This document shows positions 35,304 through 50,300 of a stretch of DNA of 64,000 nucleotides, piece after piece. This DNA is from Owenia fusiformis. Lineage: Eukaryota. A model generated the notes under the pieces. The model was not told the DNA's origin. It was given only the letters and a program-made list of their open reading frames with translations, and searched no databases. The stretch is from assembly GCA_903813345.2 (NCBI GenBank), contig CAIIXF020000001.1, forward strand, positions 27,094,001-27,158,000. The letters are read 5' to 3'. A program made the translations under genes and the position numbers. Position 1 is the stretch's first letter. Every line of letters starts with the position of its first letter.

Positions 35304-38300
35304 CTAAAAAAGATCAAAACCTTTAATAAAACAGTGTGGAGTATCTTTATTATTGTTACATGTATGTTTTCTAGTTCCAATATCAATTTCATAACTCAAT
35401 AGGAATATTATGCTTATTGATATCATTTTGTTTTAGACACTCACTGGCGAAGATTTTATATCAAGAAGTGCCTAAATCTAGGTCTAGTCTAGTTAGAAAA
35501 AAATACAATCAATGATGGATTGTTGAAAACAAAAAAAACATGAAACAAGGCATTAACATGCAAAATATCACCACCCACCATTTGTTACAGACGCTGAATG
35601 CAAGAGGCCAAAAACCATCCAACAAATTGGAGACTTTAACAATATGTTACCACTTCTGGTGGTGACATAAAAATGATGTGGCCATTATCCAATCAGCATA
35701 GGTAGTTAGGAAATTGACACTACATTTTCTGTCATAACTACCCTACTTTACTACATTACGTTAATTTCAATCAATGAAAGCTACTTTTATCAAAAAATCT
35801 CATGTAGTAGACTAAAACGACGTACTCTGAGCAGCAGCATCTTCATTCTCACAGTTTTTGCCCGATATACCGGCAGGACATCTATAATCAGAACACAGAT
35901 CTCACTATTACTATTTAGTTTGAAACAACATGTTTAGTTTTTGGATGACTTCCTAAAATTATTAAATTTAAAGGAATATCCATGCTCTAATAACATTCTA
36001 TACAGTGTTTTAACATTCAAACATACATTCCTGGGTGAGGAAGTGTTACATACAATTATATGTGAATACCCTATTATATGTTCAATTCATTAAAATCATT
36101 TATAAACATAAGACGATTTCTTACATGCATCGATATGAGCTCCTTTCTTTTTGACATTGTCCACCTTTTTGACATGGATTACTCTTACATACATCTGAAA
36201 ATAAACAAATGTTTGAAAAAAGAGTGCTTAAATACAAAAAATTGTCATAAAAATACACAAAATCAACATAATTATTATTATTATCATGAGAATTATTGAT
36301 ATCTGTGTTATTATTGATTCCATGTACATGGGTGTGATATATATTTCAATATATATATGTGATATATATTTTTCAATTTTCCAAATATCTCTTGCCTGAT
36401 ACATTTATTAGTCAGCACATGGTAAGAGAAGGGTTGACTCTACTGGGTAAATCCACTTTTTTCCATCAACATAAAAAGTGATTGAAGTGTTGAATTTAGT
36501 GTAAAACCTTTGAGAAGAGCCCTTACCTTCACAATAAGTGGTATTTAATGTTAAACCTTTGAAAAATCCCCTTACTTTCAAATTATGTTGAATTTAGTGT
36601 GAAATCTCTAAGAAGACTCCTTACCTTCAAAATATGTGGTATTGAAAGTGTGAAACCTTTGAGAAAACCCCTTACCTTCACAATATGTTATATTAAAAGC
36701 TTTGAATCCAAAGTTACAGTTACAGGAGAAGCTGCCTGGAAGATTAGTACAATTGCTGTTTGTGCAAACACTGGGCTCCAAATTACATTCATTGATATCT
36801 GAAATAAAACAAGTTCACAAATTATTGAGTTGTTTTTTCGAATTCATAGTTCATTTCATTATCCAAACCATTGGGCACATCTTACCAATTTAAATTGCAT
36901 GACATTTACATTAATGAAAATTAGTGCAAATATGGTATATAACTGTACAGTGTACAAGATGATTTCCTGGATTATTAAACTCTAAACAAAGACAAATGTA
37001 TTTCTAAACCTTGATTTGTAGTATGAAATGGAGTTATCGTTGTATATTTTAATACTCTCTCAATTCTTCTGTATTTCCACACACCAATTCATTTCATTGT
37101 GCAGGATTTTTAAAAACATGCTGACTTGCTTTAGACTTCTGTAGTCTTGCACCAGGACCTTGTGTTCCCTATCCCCTCTCAGGCTTTGATAGAGGTACAT
37201 ACAGGGGCTTCATACAAGACTTTTCTGATTAACAATGCCATACAAATTTGGGCATACATGTATACAATATTTTGTATGTGTACCTTTGCAAATATTTGCC
37301 TCACTGGGTTTGTCTCTGGGTTCGAACCCTGTTTTACAGGAACAGGAAAAGACTCCTTCAGAGGAAGTGCAGTTGGTTGACTGCTTATCACAGTTGTTGT
37401 CTAGGGACGAGACACAAAGATCCTTTTCTGTAATGACAAACATACATGTATATTTCAATTATAAAACAGGACAGATGGACGGCTTTCCTATATCTCGTTC
37501 GGTGGGATAACAAGCCTTAAATTGATGCTGCTTGCCTCCCAGCTAATTACAGGACTTGTCATAATTGAATAGCATTGTATGTTCTCATTGTATTCATCCG
37601 CCATTACAAAAATGAATTCTGTAATATCTATTTTTGAATACATACCTTGTACAGTAGATGTGCTACTATTGACCCCAATAAGAGTGGTATCAGAAACTGT
37701 TAGGGTGCAAGGGCTTGAGGGACAATCATCTAAACGATCTTGCAAAATCTGATCAACCGTTGGGATATCTTGGCGTCCAGAGAAGAAAATGTTGAATCTG
37801 GCAATAATACTTCCTTGGCTGTAAATACACAAATTAACAATCTTAGCATGCTGTTAAAATGAAAGTCAAGATGAAGTCAGCTTAAAATATTTCATTTGAG
37901 CTTTTTATTTGAAATGATTTTCTTTACCCTAAAATCGCAAGAACATGTTAAATGATCAAAATATCCCATAACAGCCAGCCAGGTTGTGAGTTTTGGAATG
38001 ACAAAGGAACACCAATAAACATTGAAATAGTAAGGGCCTTACTCTAAATAATAAGATACATTATACATTAGACATATTTTTCACTCTATTTCTAGAATTC
38101 TACACTGTACCTGAACTCGTAGACCTGGGAAGAGACGTAACTGGTCTTCAATGTACTATTCTTATATATACCATCCACCTAAAACACATACCAACATATG
38201 TTCTTAAAATATCAATCATGTATAGTTGAATCCATTGTTATATAGAGTATAAATGGCATGTTACAAGTCGAGGGATACAGGAGCACAGGCCCGTAGCCAG

Positions 38301-41300
38301 GATTTGCCAAGGGGGGGGGTTCACTTTTGAAAAATTCCAGAATGGTGCTCTTTTGATTGGCCAAAATCACTTAAAAATCACTTAGGATGGTGAAAAACTG
38401 CATGTTATTGAAAAAAAATTTGGCCTGGGGGGTTCGCTCAAACCCATCAACCCCCCCTGGCTACGGGCCTGGGTGCATGTTCCCGGGATTCAGTGTTTAA
38501 AAAGAGTATTTTCAGTGTTTCAAAAGTGCTCTATGTTAACAGTATTTTCTTCTACAGTACTATGATTTTTTGAGATTAATGTTCCCCAATGAGAATAGCA
38601 CTATCTACAGCAAGTCATACTTACAACAGTGTGCACTTTAGTGGCAAGATCCGCATAGGCCTTAGATGTAGGGTCGAGAAGATCAATTGTCCACATCTGT
38701 CCTTTTGTAGCATCAGGGATTGAAATAAACTGAAGTTGACCGCCATATTGGTGAGAGGCTGCAGAGTTCAAGAAGCAATATGAATTCTAAATAAATTGTA
38801 GTTGTGTACAACATACATCATATCTATAGAGTTACATTGATTTTTAACAGGACTTATTTTCTAAAAAGGAACCTTTAACAAGGTTTCTTCTTTCACTCTT
38901 ACAGCATGAAAAATATGAGGAAATATCTACATGTATAATCATTCATCCTCCTAAGCAGGTGTCCAGAATCCATACCTCCTTCTTCCCCCTGCTATAACCA
39001 ATTTGGAAGCACCCGATTTTAATTGAATCACGTGATCTTATTATGCGCAATGACTTATACATGATTTCTATTGCAGTGTTGTGACAGCCAATCAGATTGC
39101 GAGTTCTTAATAAGGGAAATGGTAACTGCTTATAGCAGGGGGTAAAAAGAAAGAATATATTCTGGATTTTGAAGCCCTGTGATCGGAGGATGATAATCAT
39201 TTAGAAGGCAAGAAAGGGGATTGACCAGGATATGGGTAGGCACTGTTGAATGAGTAATTTATTTGAGAGACTCTTTACACCAAGATTATTCATTCTACCT
39301 GTCCTACCTTAAAGGGCACTATTTACCTTGAGTGCATGTTGTTCCATCATTGGCGTATCCTACATCACAGGCACAGAAGTAAGCCCCTATGGTGTTCACA
39401 CAGTATTGACCTGGATTGGTACAGTTATGTGCTATTTCTGTGTCTGTACACTCATTTATATCTACAGGATAACAAAACACATATGTACATAATGTATAAA
39501 TAAAATATATATATTGTCACAAAGGCCATTGTTTAATTGAGAATATGTCAAGATTGTGCTGTTTGTTCTAGGATAGTATTTGTAGCATTATTACAGGAAA
39601 AATAGTAAACTTAACATATATACCTTATACATTTAGAATGTACATATATTATTGAAAGAGCTTATACCTTCACACATAAAGCCATCAGATGCTATCCTGT
39701 AGCCAGACTCACAGCTGCAATTGTAGCCACCTGGGTAGTTGTGGCATGTCTGGTTACACATAGATGTCCTTTCAAAACACTCATCAACATCTGTAAATTA
39801 ATGCAGTTCAGTGAGGTAAGAAATTAATACAAAAAATGATCTTTTTATACATATTTATATACTTTTAAAAATCTGTGAAATGACAATATATAATGTAACT
39901 TGTCTTTCACTTCTCCATGTTATAATTAATCAAAGATCAGCGCAAAATTTAACAAGCAAAATTAAGGTTTTCTTCTTTTAGTTTTCAAAATAATTCTTGA
40001 AGAAACAAAAGATATAAAAGAGTCAAATATATGAAAATAAAATTGTAATATTCATTATCTTAAATTTTCTTAATTTAAAACATTGCAAACAAGAGCTTAG
40101 GGGGTTGAGAATCTCAGGCAGTGAAACATGCATTGTATCACTTTGGTTTCATCATAGAATTTTGAACAGTGCCATCTAGGACTGAATATAAAGATCATCA
40201 AAGTTCCTCAACAAATTTTCTGTGACCCTTTTATCTTCAAAATTGTGTGACAATTAAGGGCAAACAAATAGAGATACAATTGCCATAGCAACACAGTTCA
40301 TGGACATGTTGCAAATATACTGACTTGTTTTTCTTACCAAAGCATTTCTGGCCATTTCCCTGGAGGCCACTGGGGCAGAGTCCACATTTGAAGCCATTGG
40401 GTAAATTAGGCTCAACTGTACATGTTACATTCGGATAACAGGATCCAGGTGCACACTCTTCAATCTCACAGAATTCACCTATAGCTCCTGAACTACAGTT
40501 ACATTGAGCCCTATAGAACTTGTCTGAAATATAAAAAAACAAGAATTAATATCGCTCGTGTTAAAGTGTAAAATCTCAGCAAATTGAACATGTCATTAAC
40601 ATGTATAGATAGAGTTGTTGATGGAAATGTATTCAAGGATGGAGGTGTTCATGTTATAATGGGATGATTTAACATGAAAATCAAATAATCCAAAGACCTA
40701 GAAAATTTCTTCATATTAAAGGAATATTCCTTGCCAGACCCTTTCTCTCTTGATATGGTAGCTATAATCATATATATAGTTTCCATATTTAGCAAAACAT
40801 GGGAAAATGTTTTAATATGGTCAATATTGATCATTTAAAAATCTAGTGCTTATTTCCAGTGAGCTGCCATCTTTTAAGATTTCTTGCAGGAAGTGATCTC
40901 ATCAACTCTCAACTTCTACAGGGTGTCAAATAAGTCCCGTCCCCCCCTCTACAGCCAAAACCAAGATATTTGGTACCAAGTGTGATATATCATTGGAAAG
41001 GTCTTCCAAAGTTACGTTGATTGGCATATATCTGACGCATGTCAATCAATCTTACAAATTTTTACATTGTATCAATTGAGGTGACCATATGCCTAGAAAC
41101 ATGGCAATTTGGCATATTTGGCAGGATTTTAAGAATCGAGTATAAGAAAGGTCAAGGGACCAAAAGATGACTAAATATGTTTATGGCAATGAATTTAACC
41201 AATTTCTGGATAGGGTTAGATGTGTAGAAAATAGAGGGGCAAGGAAAGTGCTGAAAACCATTTTGTAACAAGTGGAATGCGAAAAAGATCAACTTTTTGA

Positions 41301-44300
41301 TGTATTTCTGAGGTCATATCCTTGTCATTTTGACGCAAAAAAGCTACTTAAAGGAGGGCATGTAAACTATAAAAGACATCATAAAAATATAGGTAAATTT
41401 CATCCAAAATACTTGAGAGTTGGTGAGTTAACATAACTTTGGATGATCTTTCCAATGGTATATCACACTAGGTACTGTCTTTTAAGGCTTTAGCTGTAGC
41501 AGGGGGGACGGGACTTATTTGACACCCTGTATAACCTTGCCCATAACAGTATAGGAAAGTAGCACAAAATCAATTCTAGACAAGTGATCATTACTTTCTG
41601 TGCAAAAATATTTTCAGGGCTTGTCAACTTAGAATAAAAGAAGAGATTTTTAGAAGGATTAAATAAGATACAAAGTTGAAAAAGAATATTTAGCTGGTTT
41701 TGTAATTCTTAATAGCTCCTCACCTAATGCTATATGCAAAGTTGAGAGTTGATGACATCACTTCCTGTGTGAAATTTTAAAAGATGGCAACTTACTGGAA
41801 TTGAGCATCACATTTCTAAGTGATCAAATTTGACCATATCAAAACATTTTTGCGTGTTTTGCTAAACATGGCAAGCAAATATATGGTTATAGCTACCATA
41901 TGAGGAGAGAGATGGTTTGGCAAGGAATATTCCTTTAAAGAGTTAGATGTAGATAGCTGTTCATGTTGGAGGTTTTATTTATAATATTAAGCATGTGTTT
42001 AAATCAATCAATCCTTTAATATGAGTACATCTCTTTAATCTTTAATCTGGTTTACCATATTTCCTTAGAGATAAGGATAATAGATTCCATTTGCATTGAT
42101 AGATATCATAATATAATACATGTTGTCATTTTAACTCATTGTCGGATTTACACTTACTTTCATTTGTTTCCACCTCATTTTCATTTAAGTAGTCAAGGTT
42201 GCATTGTGAAGGATTTTTACAAGCACAAACATAGATGGCAGGCCAGTATTCTGATGATGCATTTTTGGAATCAGTGGCGTAAAACTTGGCGTATCCAGAG
42301 ATGTTGCGATACTCAATTGTAGGGTTCCAAAATATTTCGCCTGTTGTTGAGTCTAAAATTATTATGTAAATGATGTATAATATTCAACATTTTAAAAAGT
42401 TTATGCAGTGTATCTATTTATTGCAAGAAAAATATGAACATATGAACATAAAACTGTGACATTAAATGCTCATAAATAATATCTAAAGGGGCTCAATGCC
42501 TTTCTCTTATCCTAAAAACACCAAAATAAAAAAAATAAAAAAAACAACATAACTTGCCCCATCAACAGAATTACAGTGAAACCTTGATATCTGAACACCT
42601 GGCTGATCTGAATGCATTCTAATTCAAACATTTTCGGCTCTATCTTTTCCTCCTATTGACTCCTTTTGTAAGAAAAACCTGAAATCTGAACACCTCCTTA
42701 TTTGAACAGTGAGCACTCATATTTGAAAAAAACTGACCTGTCTAAAGTTATAAAGCTATGTGGTCAATAGTAATATTCCTTGAGAATGCATTCATATTTT
42801 TTCAAAATTCAGAATCTTGTGGATGCAAAACCTTGAAATCCAGAATGTCCAGTCTAAAACCCAATCAGATCTCGACAATTCTCTGCTTTGTCATTTGATA
42901 AATGATGACACCTATCAGCACAAAAGGACCAAAATATATACACAATATATGTGACAAAAATACTTACTTATTGTTACATTAGGCAGGGTTGTTTCAATTG
43001 AAAACACAACAGTGACATCTCCAGTAAGGTTAACATGGAGCTTCCTTATATATCTCTCATTTATGGTGATGTTCAATGCATCTTCTATCTCAACAAACAC
43101 AGGGGGCCTGTGCTCTAAAATAACAAACATATAATTATGCTACAGGAATCATAAAAACTATACACACTTTGGCAATCATTTTCTGGTTTTATATCATAAT
43201 CTTCTTATCAGGTAAATTATAAGAGCATTTCATGGTTTGAATTAAGGTTGATTGTTCATCTTTTTAACTACATCAATTTGAATTCTATAATTATTATATT
43301 TACCTAAGATACTAGTGTCCTCTGCAATACGATCGCCATCAACAATAGTTTCTTTAGCAACCTTATCATTATTTGTAGCCATATAATCAACCTGACACTG
43401 AAGGTTGTCACCACAAGTCTCTTTAACCTTATCAGGTACGACTTCCGTTTTGTCCCCTATTCTATCAGCAAAAAATATTGGGACAAAACTTGGAACATTG
43501 TAGTCTTCAAACCTCTTATCCGTGTATGAAAACCGAGAATCTGTCTCAGACGTTAACATCCCTAAAAGTACAGTTATTGCTATGAGGATTGTCATCGCAT
43601 CTATAAGGGGTATGTGACGGAAGTCAAGGCAGTACGTAATATTAAAAAAACATGTTAAATAAATACTCAATACAGTGGAAATATCATGGAAGATATTAAA
43701 ACAAATAAAAATAGAAGAATTCATCTTTTCACTTTTACAGCAACATTTTCATTTTCAGGCAAATTCATGATTTTTGGAACCTTACTCTAAATAAAATGTG
43801 AGTAGTGTGACCAATAATAGGCTTTATATTTAGGAATTTTTGATGATATTTAAAAAAAAATATTTATCATATTGAAAAACAAGTTTTGAAAATCAATAGT
43901 TTTTACTCACATGTTTGGCCATAATTGAAATAACCCTGTTCAGTTAAGTTGCCTCTAGTGAATTCTAGTTTGGTCCCATTTGGCATGAAGAGCTCTCCGT
44001 CACCATTGAATTTTCCCAGAAGTCCCTGGGTGTGGCCCTTATAGTATGTTGGCACAGAGACGACATATGTTAACAATCCTTGGCCAACCTTCACCTGCAA
44101 ATGTACATGTACTGTAGAATATGGATAATAAATATTTTCCTGATGATTAACTAGTAAAATGTTTGCTCATGACTGTCCTGTTTCCTCTAATTAGAAGTCA
44201 CATGGTAATTGATGAGAATGCGGTGCAAGTCTTATACATATCACAAAGGATGCCTTGTACCAACAGGCAGAATAAGAATATGTTAAGTTAATGAGGCAAG

Positions 44301-47300
44301 CTAGGGTAGTACAGAAGTTCAACAATCAACAGGCCAGTGGCCAGGATTTGCCAAGGGGGTTTACTTTTTGAAAAGTTCCAGAAGGGATTCACTTTTGACA
44401 AATGGGTCCAAAAATGGCCAGAATCACTTAAAACATGCCCAGAATGATGAAAAACATCATGATTTTTGAAAGAATTTTTGGCCAGGGGAGGGGGGGAGGG
44501 GGGGAGTTTGCTCAAACCCATTGACCCCCCCACCCACCCTGCCTACGGGCCAGCAATCACATCTATTCTATCACTTCAAAACTTACCTTAAGACCAATGT
44601 CATTTGCAAACTGCACGATAATCTCATTTTCACGGTTTTCGACTGAAACATTGTTGAATTCCTCACGTTTACCATCAGCTATTGTAATGGGGGTTTCCCC
44701 ATTTACGATGATTTCTATACTTGTTTCTTTTAGTTTTACTTCAATATTATCTGATGTTCCATCCTATAAAACAATATACTGTTTATGTTTATGTAAAGCA
44801 AAAACATAATCCATGGACTCATAAGTACACATATATACAGTTCATGCATGAACAAAAGATCGGAAAACATACATGCTGGTGACAATACTGCATATATAGA
44901 ACAGATAATTAAAAAGGATTAAAATTCTTAAAACACATTTCAGCTTAATGCCTGAAAATCAATTCTGTAATTACTGTACAATACATAATCCTCTATAAAG
45001 TGAACCTGACCTTAGCTGCAAATGATGTGAATACAGTTGCATTGTCTGTAGGATTCAGTTTCTCTGTACGTCCTTGCAGCTTGAAATCCACCAGGTAACC
45101 AAGATCTGGTACCCTGCAAAATAGAAAATATGTTTGTATTATCAGAGTTACTAGGATAGATTATGGGTTTCTCGAAAGCCCATGGATAGATGGAGAAAAT
45201 ATTCATTACTGAAAATCGTATAATTTCATTCCAGTATTTTTGTGAAAAATGCCAGGTGAATGTGGTCAAAGTAATACTACTTTAACAGTGTATACAAAAG
45301 AAAGTGTGTGCACTTTGAAATGAACTCACGTTTCATTTACTTTCATCAAGACATATTCCCCAAGGCCATTAAATGTGTACTCATCTCTGTCAAGAGTAAT
45401 AAGATGGGGGTCTCCACGACCAGAACCTACAAGCACATAAAGGTACGTTATTATAGAACAAGTATCAACTAGACAATGGCAACTCCGTGGAGTAGCAAAT
45501 CCCAACGAACAAAATATCAATTACCAAATTCAAATCAATTATACTCATTACTTTGGTTAAAATTGAAAATATTAGATTTTAGAGTTGCGAATTCCTGCAA
45601 AGCAGCCATTTTGAATTTTCTGAGGTGCAAATCTGAAAAATAATACCATAATTGTGATCTACTCAAAAATTCCTTCAATTTGAGTATAATATAGCCATAC
45701 TTTGAAGGGATCGAAAAATTATTGCGAAATCGTACATTAGATGGCCATTTTGAATTTTACGAGGCTTGAATCAGAAAAAAGATACAATATTTGCAATCTA
45801 CTCTTAATTGCCTTTCATTTGAGTATAATAAAGCTATACTTCAGAAAGATCTAAAAATTAGCGAAAATTTCTGTTTTCCTGACCCCCCACAAGGCCCCTG
45901 GGGGTCAGGATGAAAAACACGGAATATATGTGAAATAGATAAATGTTGTGAATATAATGCCAAAATTTCAAACAATAATATTAATTACTTTGGTTTAGAA
46001 TGAAAAATTTATGATTATTGCGAAAAAAGTCCCGTCATTTCTAAAGCGGTGGCCATCTTGAAAAATTTTTTTTTGCGTAAAACTTTTCACCAATATACAT
46101 CTTTCCACTAAATATGAAGAAAATCCGTCCACTAGTATTTGAGTTATCTTACGGACTGACGGACGGACCGACGGACGGACCGACTGACGGACGGACGGAG
46201 GGCTTCACTATATCCCGACCAAACTTCGTTTGTTGGGATAATAAATATATACATTATATAATTAGTTGAGATGAAATCTCAGTTCCTGTAGTTCAAACTT
46301 AAATTGCATGAATTAAATAAAATATAAGTCAAGTGAATCTACTCCTATTTTTTCATGTGTTCTATTGTTGCATCATTCATTAAACTGATGACTGATAATA
46401 AGTATTGATATTGTTGTCCAAAACCTTTTGGATAACAACTCCACTCTTCAGATCATCATATCACCCCTCAAATGCCCATCAATAACCCAACCAAAAACCA
46501 AAAGCTTACCCCATCTTGGAGGCACATATCCCGAGCAGCCATTTGAAGGTCTCTGTTTGTAGAAAAGATGGCATAAGTTCGAATTTGTACAACAATCCTG
46601 GTAACCTTTTTCTTCACTACCATCTATGATGGGATAGCCTCCTCCTGGATAGCCCAGTTTTATTGCACCATTTCTATAACATACAATAAGATTTATAACT
46701 CAATTATACAGCAAAACTTGTATAACTTAACAACTCTCTTATCTGAACACCTCTCAAAGTGAACACTTCTTTGGTCCAATTTTATAATATAACAAAGACT
46801 GTAATGGTAAAAAATTGAAATGTGAATATCTCAGTAAAAACCTGCACATTCTAACCCATTAGAAGATCAGCCCTCACCTGTCATAACAACACTTCTGTCT
46901 GGGGCGTCGTGATCTTCTGTTGTTCCAGCTATTTGTCTCCACACACATGCTCCCTCTATCAACCGTGAAACGTGTGTCTCGTCTGGCTTGATTCCAGCTA
47001 CAGGGACATGGTTGAGCTCTCCTAGCTAGGTCGCGAATATTGCTAGGTTGTTTCTCAACCCATTCTAAACACTTAATGTTATCATTGCCGGTACGTTCAC
47101 CTAGCTTGTAGTAATGTCTCCCTGTTTCTCCTACAAAAAACATGATGATACAGAAAATTCATGGTAGGGTTCATGCATTTTGCATATGGATTAACATGAT
47201 GTTACAATGATGAATTCCTTATGCCTGGGTCACATTTGCTCCGATTCATCAGCCGGTGCCCGGCCGATTGAGTATCCTGTTCACAATTATATTCAGTTTT

Positions 47301-50300
47301 GAACAGGCACCAGGCACCAGCCAATGAATCGGAACAAATGTGACCCAGGCATTAGTAAGATGAAAATGTGTTTAATGCACAGGTGAAATAAATAAATAAA
47401 AATATAATTAAGGTAGAAAGCTGGTCCAGATACATGTACACAAGTTCTGAAATAAGACAGCTGAATATATCAACATGTATAGAAAAATAAGGTTACAACA
47501 CAGGATTATAAATTGATATTGAGCAGTTTACTATATGTCAGAAATCCTTATTATTAGCTCTCTCAATTGAATGAACTGTATCATGTAAGTATACATTCAA
47601 GTATTAATTGAGAAATCACAACAAAAAAGCAATGTTTGATTTTTACAAAGTACCTTTCAAACGCCCAACTTACCAACATTTGACCTCTGGTGGACTGTAG
47701 ATATTGGCCTTTCGTATATACTTCTGCTATTATTTCCACCATCCGAGTGCCCAATTAGAATTTGTCTGCCACTGTTGTTGGGATTCCAGCCCATACCAGA
47801 GGGGTGGTAGTTATATAATACAAATGATACTCGACTATCTGTCACCATAACAACTTGAAATGTGGCATTCTGGAACAAAAAGGTTGTGGAATTCTCAGAA
47901 TTATGTCTCCTTATATTATTTCAAGTAATCAAAGATAAAGAGAAAATGGAGATAAGGAACCAGGGCAAGGAATCATTAACCTCTTGAATCCCAGGCTCCA
48001 CAATCGCTTTCGAAATCAAATAATTTTTCATTTTTGCCAGCTTTTGACATTTTACTACATATAAACAACAGGTGATGCTCAATTTAGTGAAAATAGTCGG
48101 CAGTGATCATTTCTACACATTTTGAAACATTAACTCCAATTTGTGTAAATCCGATGAAAATTCTCCAAATTAGAGCAATTTCAGTGAGAAAAAATTTGTA
48201 ACAGATTATCTTGTTACTCTGGGTTACAAATTCATTTCAAAGGTGATGAGAAATCCTGTCAGTGAGTAGTCAAGAGGTTAATATAAATATTAATTCCAGA
48301 ATTTTGAACATTAACTTTACTGGAAAAGGATGAAAAACAACTTATTACTCAATATGATATCAAGTGGGAATCACAATGGTTTCAGGTGCATATCTTTTGT
48401 ATGAAAACATGATGTTATTTACTGACATAATGTCAGTTGACTTTCAATAATAAAGAAAAATGGATACAATGGAATACAATACAATAGGAATATAGCAAAA
48501 ATGGCAAACAAAATCTCACCTCATCCTGGGTTTGGCCTGGATATGGTGGCACCTTATACCATGTTGCTACGGTTACATGTGATGCTGTAAAACTACTATC
48601 CACACCATATTTGGTACCATCCTCACTAGCTCGTTCTAAAATAACTTTTGCAGTTTGGTTGGAATCTATAACATTGTAGTTATATATGGACAAGTAACCA
48701 TATTTTGTGGTATCAATGTCTGTAAACCAGGGTGCAATCAAGGCTTCATCTCTGGGGAATCGATTGTTCCAGGGGGGTTGGGTATAACTGTATCGTTGAC
48801 CAAGGGATATGTAGCCATTCATGGACACCTAAAGTAACAAACACATTTATATTTAAAAGACATATGTATAAGGTAATTGCTTTAATTATGATGAAAAACA
48901 TAAAGGTTTATTCGTTAATTGGAATTTTGGAATGCATGTTCTTGTGTTTCACAAAGTACAAGAATAATACAGAATTTGTTTATTTATTTGCTTGTATCTT
49001 TTATTTGTTTGTTAGTTTCTATATTTCCTTCTATGTTATTAGTCAATCAGCTTCATCATTTCTTTGTTTATACTTTCTATATTTTTTGTTGTGTAGGAAT
49101 CTAGACATTGTGATGGATAAATGTGCTTTGGCATTTTCAATACTCACAAAAAGTCGATGATAAATCTTTCCAAAGTAGGATATTCCTCCCCTTATGTAGA
49201 AAGGTCCATAAACAGGATCATCGCCCTTATTTACCTCTCCAATGCCTTCATAGGGGTACAGAGGTATCTCTAGAAATACAAGAGAGTTTAGAATTTAATA
49301 AGACATGGTCACTCCACAGTGAGGGCATTATGGTCAAGTTATATTTTTATAACAATTCACATGAAGATACATGCATTAAAAGGCAGAAGAAAGGATAAAG
49401 AAAAGTTGAGATTAAGTTAATCGAGATATTAATTTTTTCCAACAGTTCTGACTTTATTGAGTTATCCTTATTTAAAGATACATAATGCCATCGATTTATC
49501 TCCCGGACAATCAGTGATGTTCCATTATAATTGCTTATATAATATCTTACATACTTTAGATATATCTTGAGACAAACTTATGGGTATAGTTTTGCCGATA
49601 TATTGACAAAATCAACAGAACAACCAACTGTCAGAATTGAACACAATTGAGTTTGATCGCGGCAATCGAGGAAAAATTCCGTATACGGAGTTCCTTTGGT
49701 TACATGATAATATTGATTAACAAATTTAAAGGTGCAACAATGAGTGCAGAGGGGACATTCAACGATCATGGACAAGTGTCAAAATATATTTAAGTTTGGT
49801 TATTTCTTCAAGACTAACATATATTTTCATTATCCTCAAAGAAACACCCTGGATAAACATTGTTTCAGCTGATATTCCTCTTGAAACATGGTGAATCTTA
49901 AAAATCTATAAGCGGGACTCCCTCTATAGAAGCTTTGAACTGAATTTACACTTCTTAATGCTGAAATTGAAAGTTTATCCATACATTTTAAGAAAATAGG
50001 TATGTCAAAGAAGATGTTAAGCCAAAGGTTGCCCTGATACTGTAGCTCAGAAAAAGTAAAATATTTCGAATTTTCTCTCTACAAGCCTTGTTGTCCCTTT
50101 AACAACCAATCAGATAACATATAGATGTCCCTCAGGTTTATTTAAGTTTCAGATAATTAATTTGGATGAAAATAATTCGACCATTCAGCACAATGGCAAA
50201 ACGCCAAAAATTAGCATATAAAGCAGCAGATTTGGGGACTTCTTCGTTGGTAAGTTGAAAGGTGAATATGTGGTACAGCTCAACATGTAATCAAGGGGTC

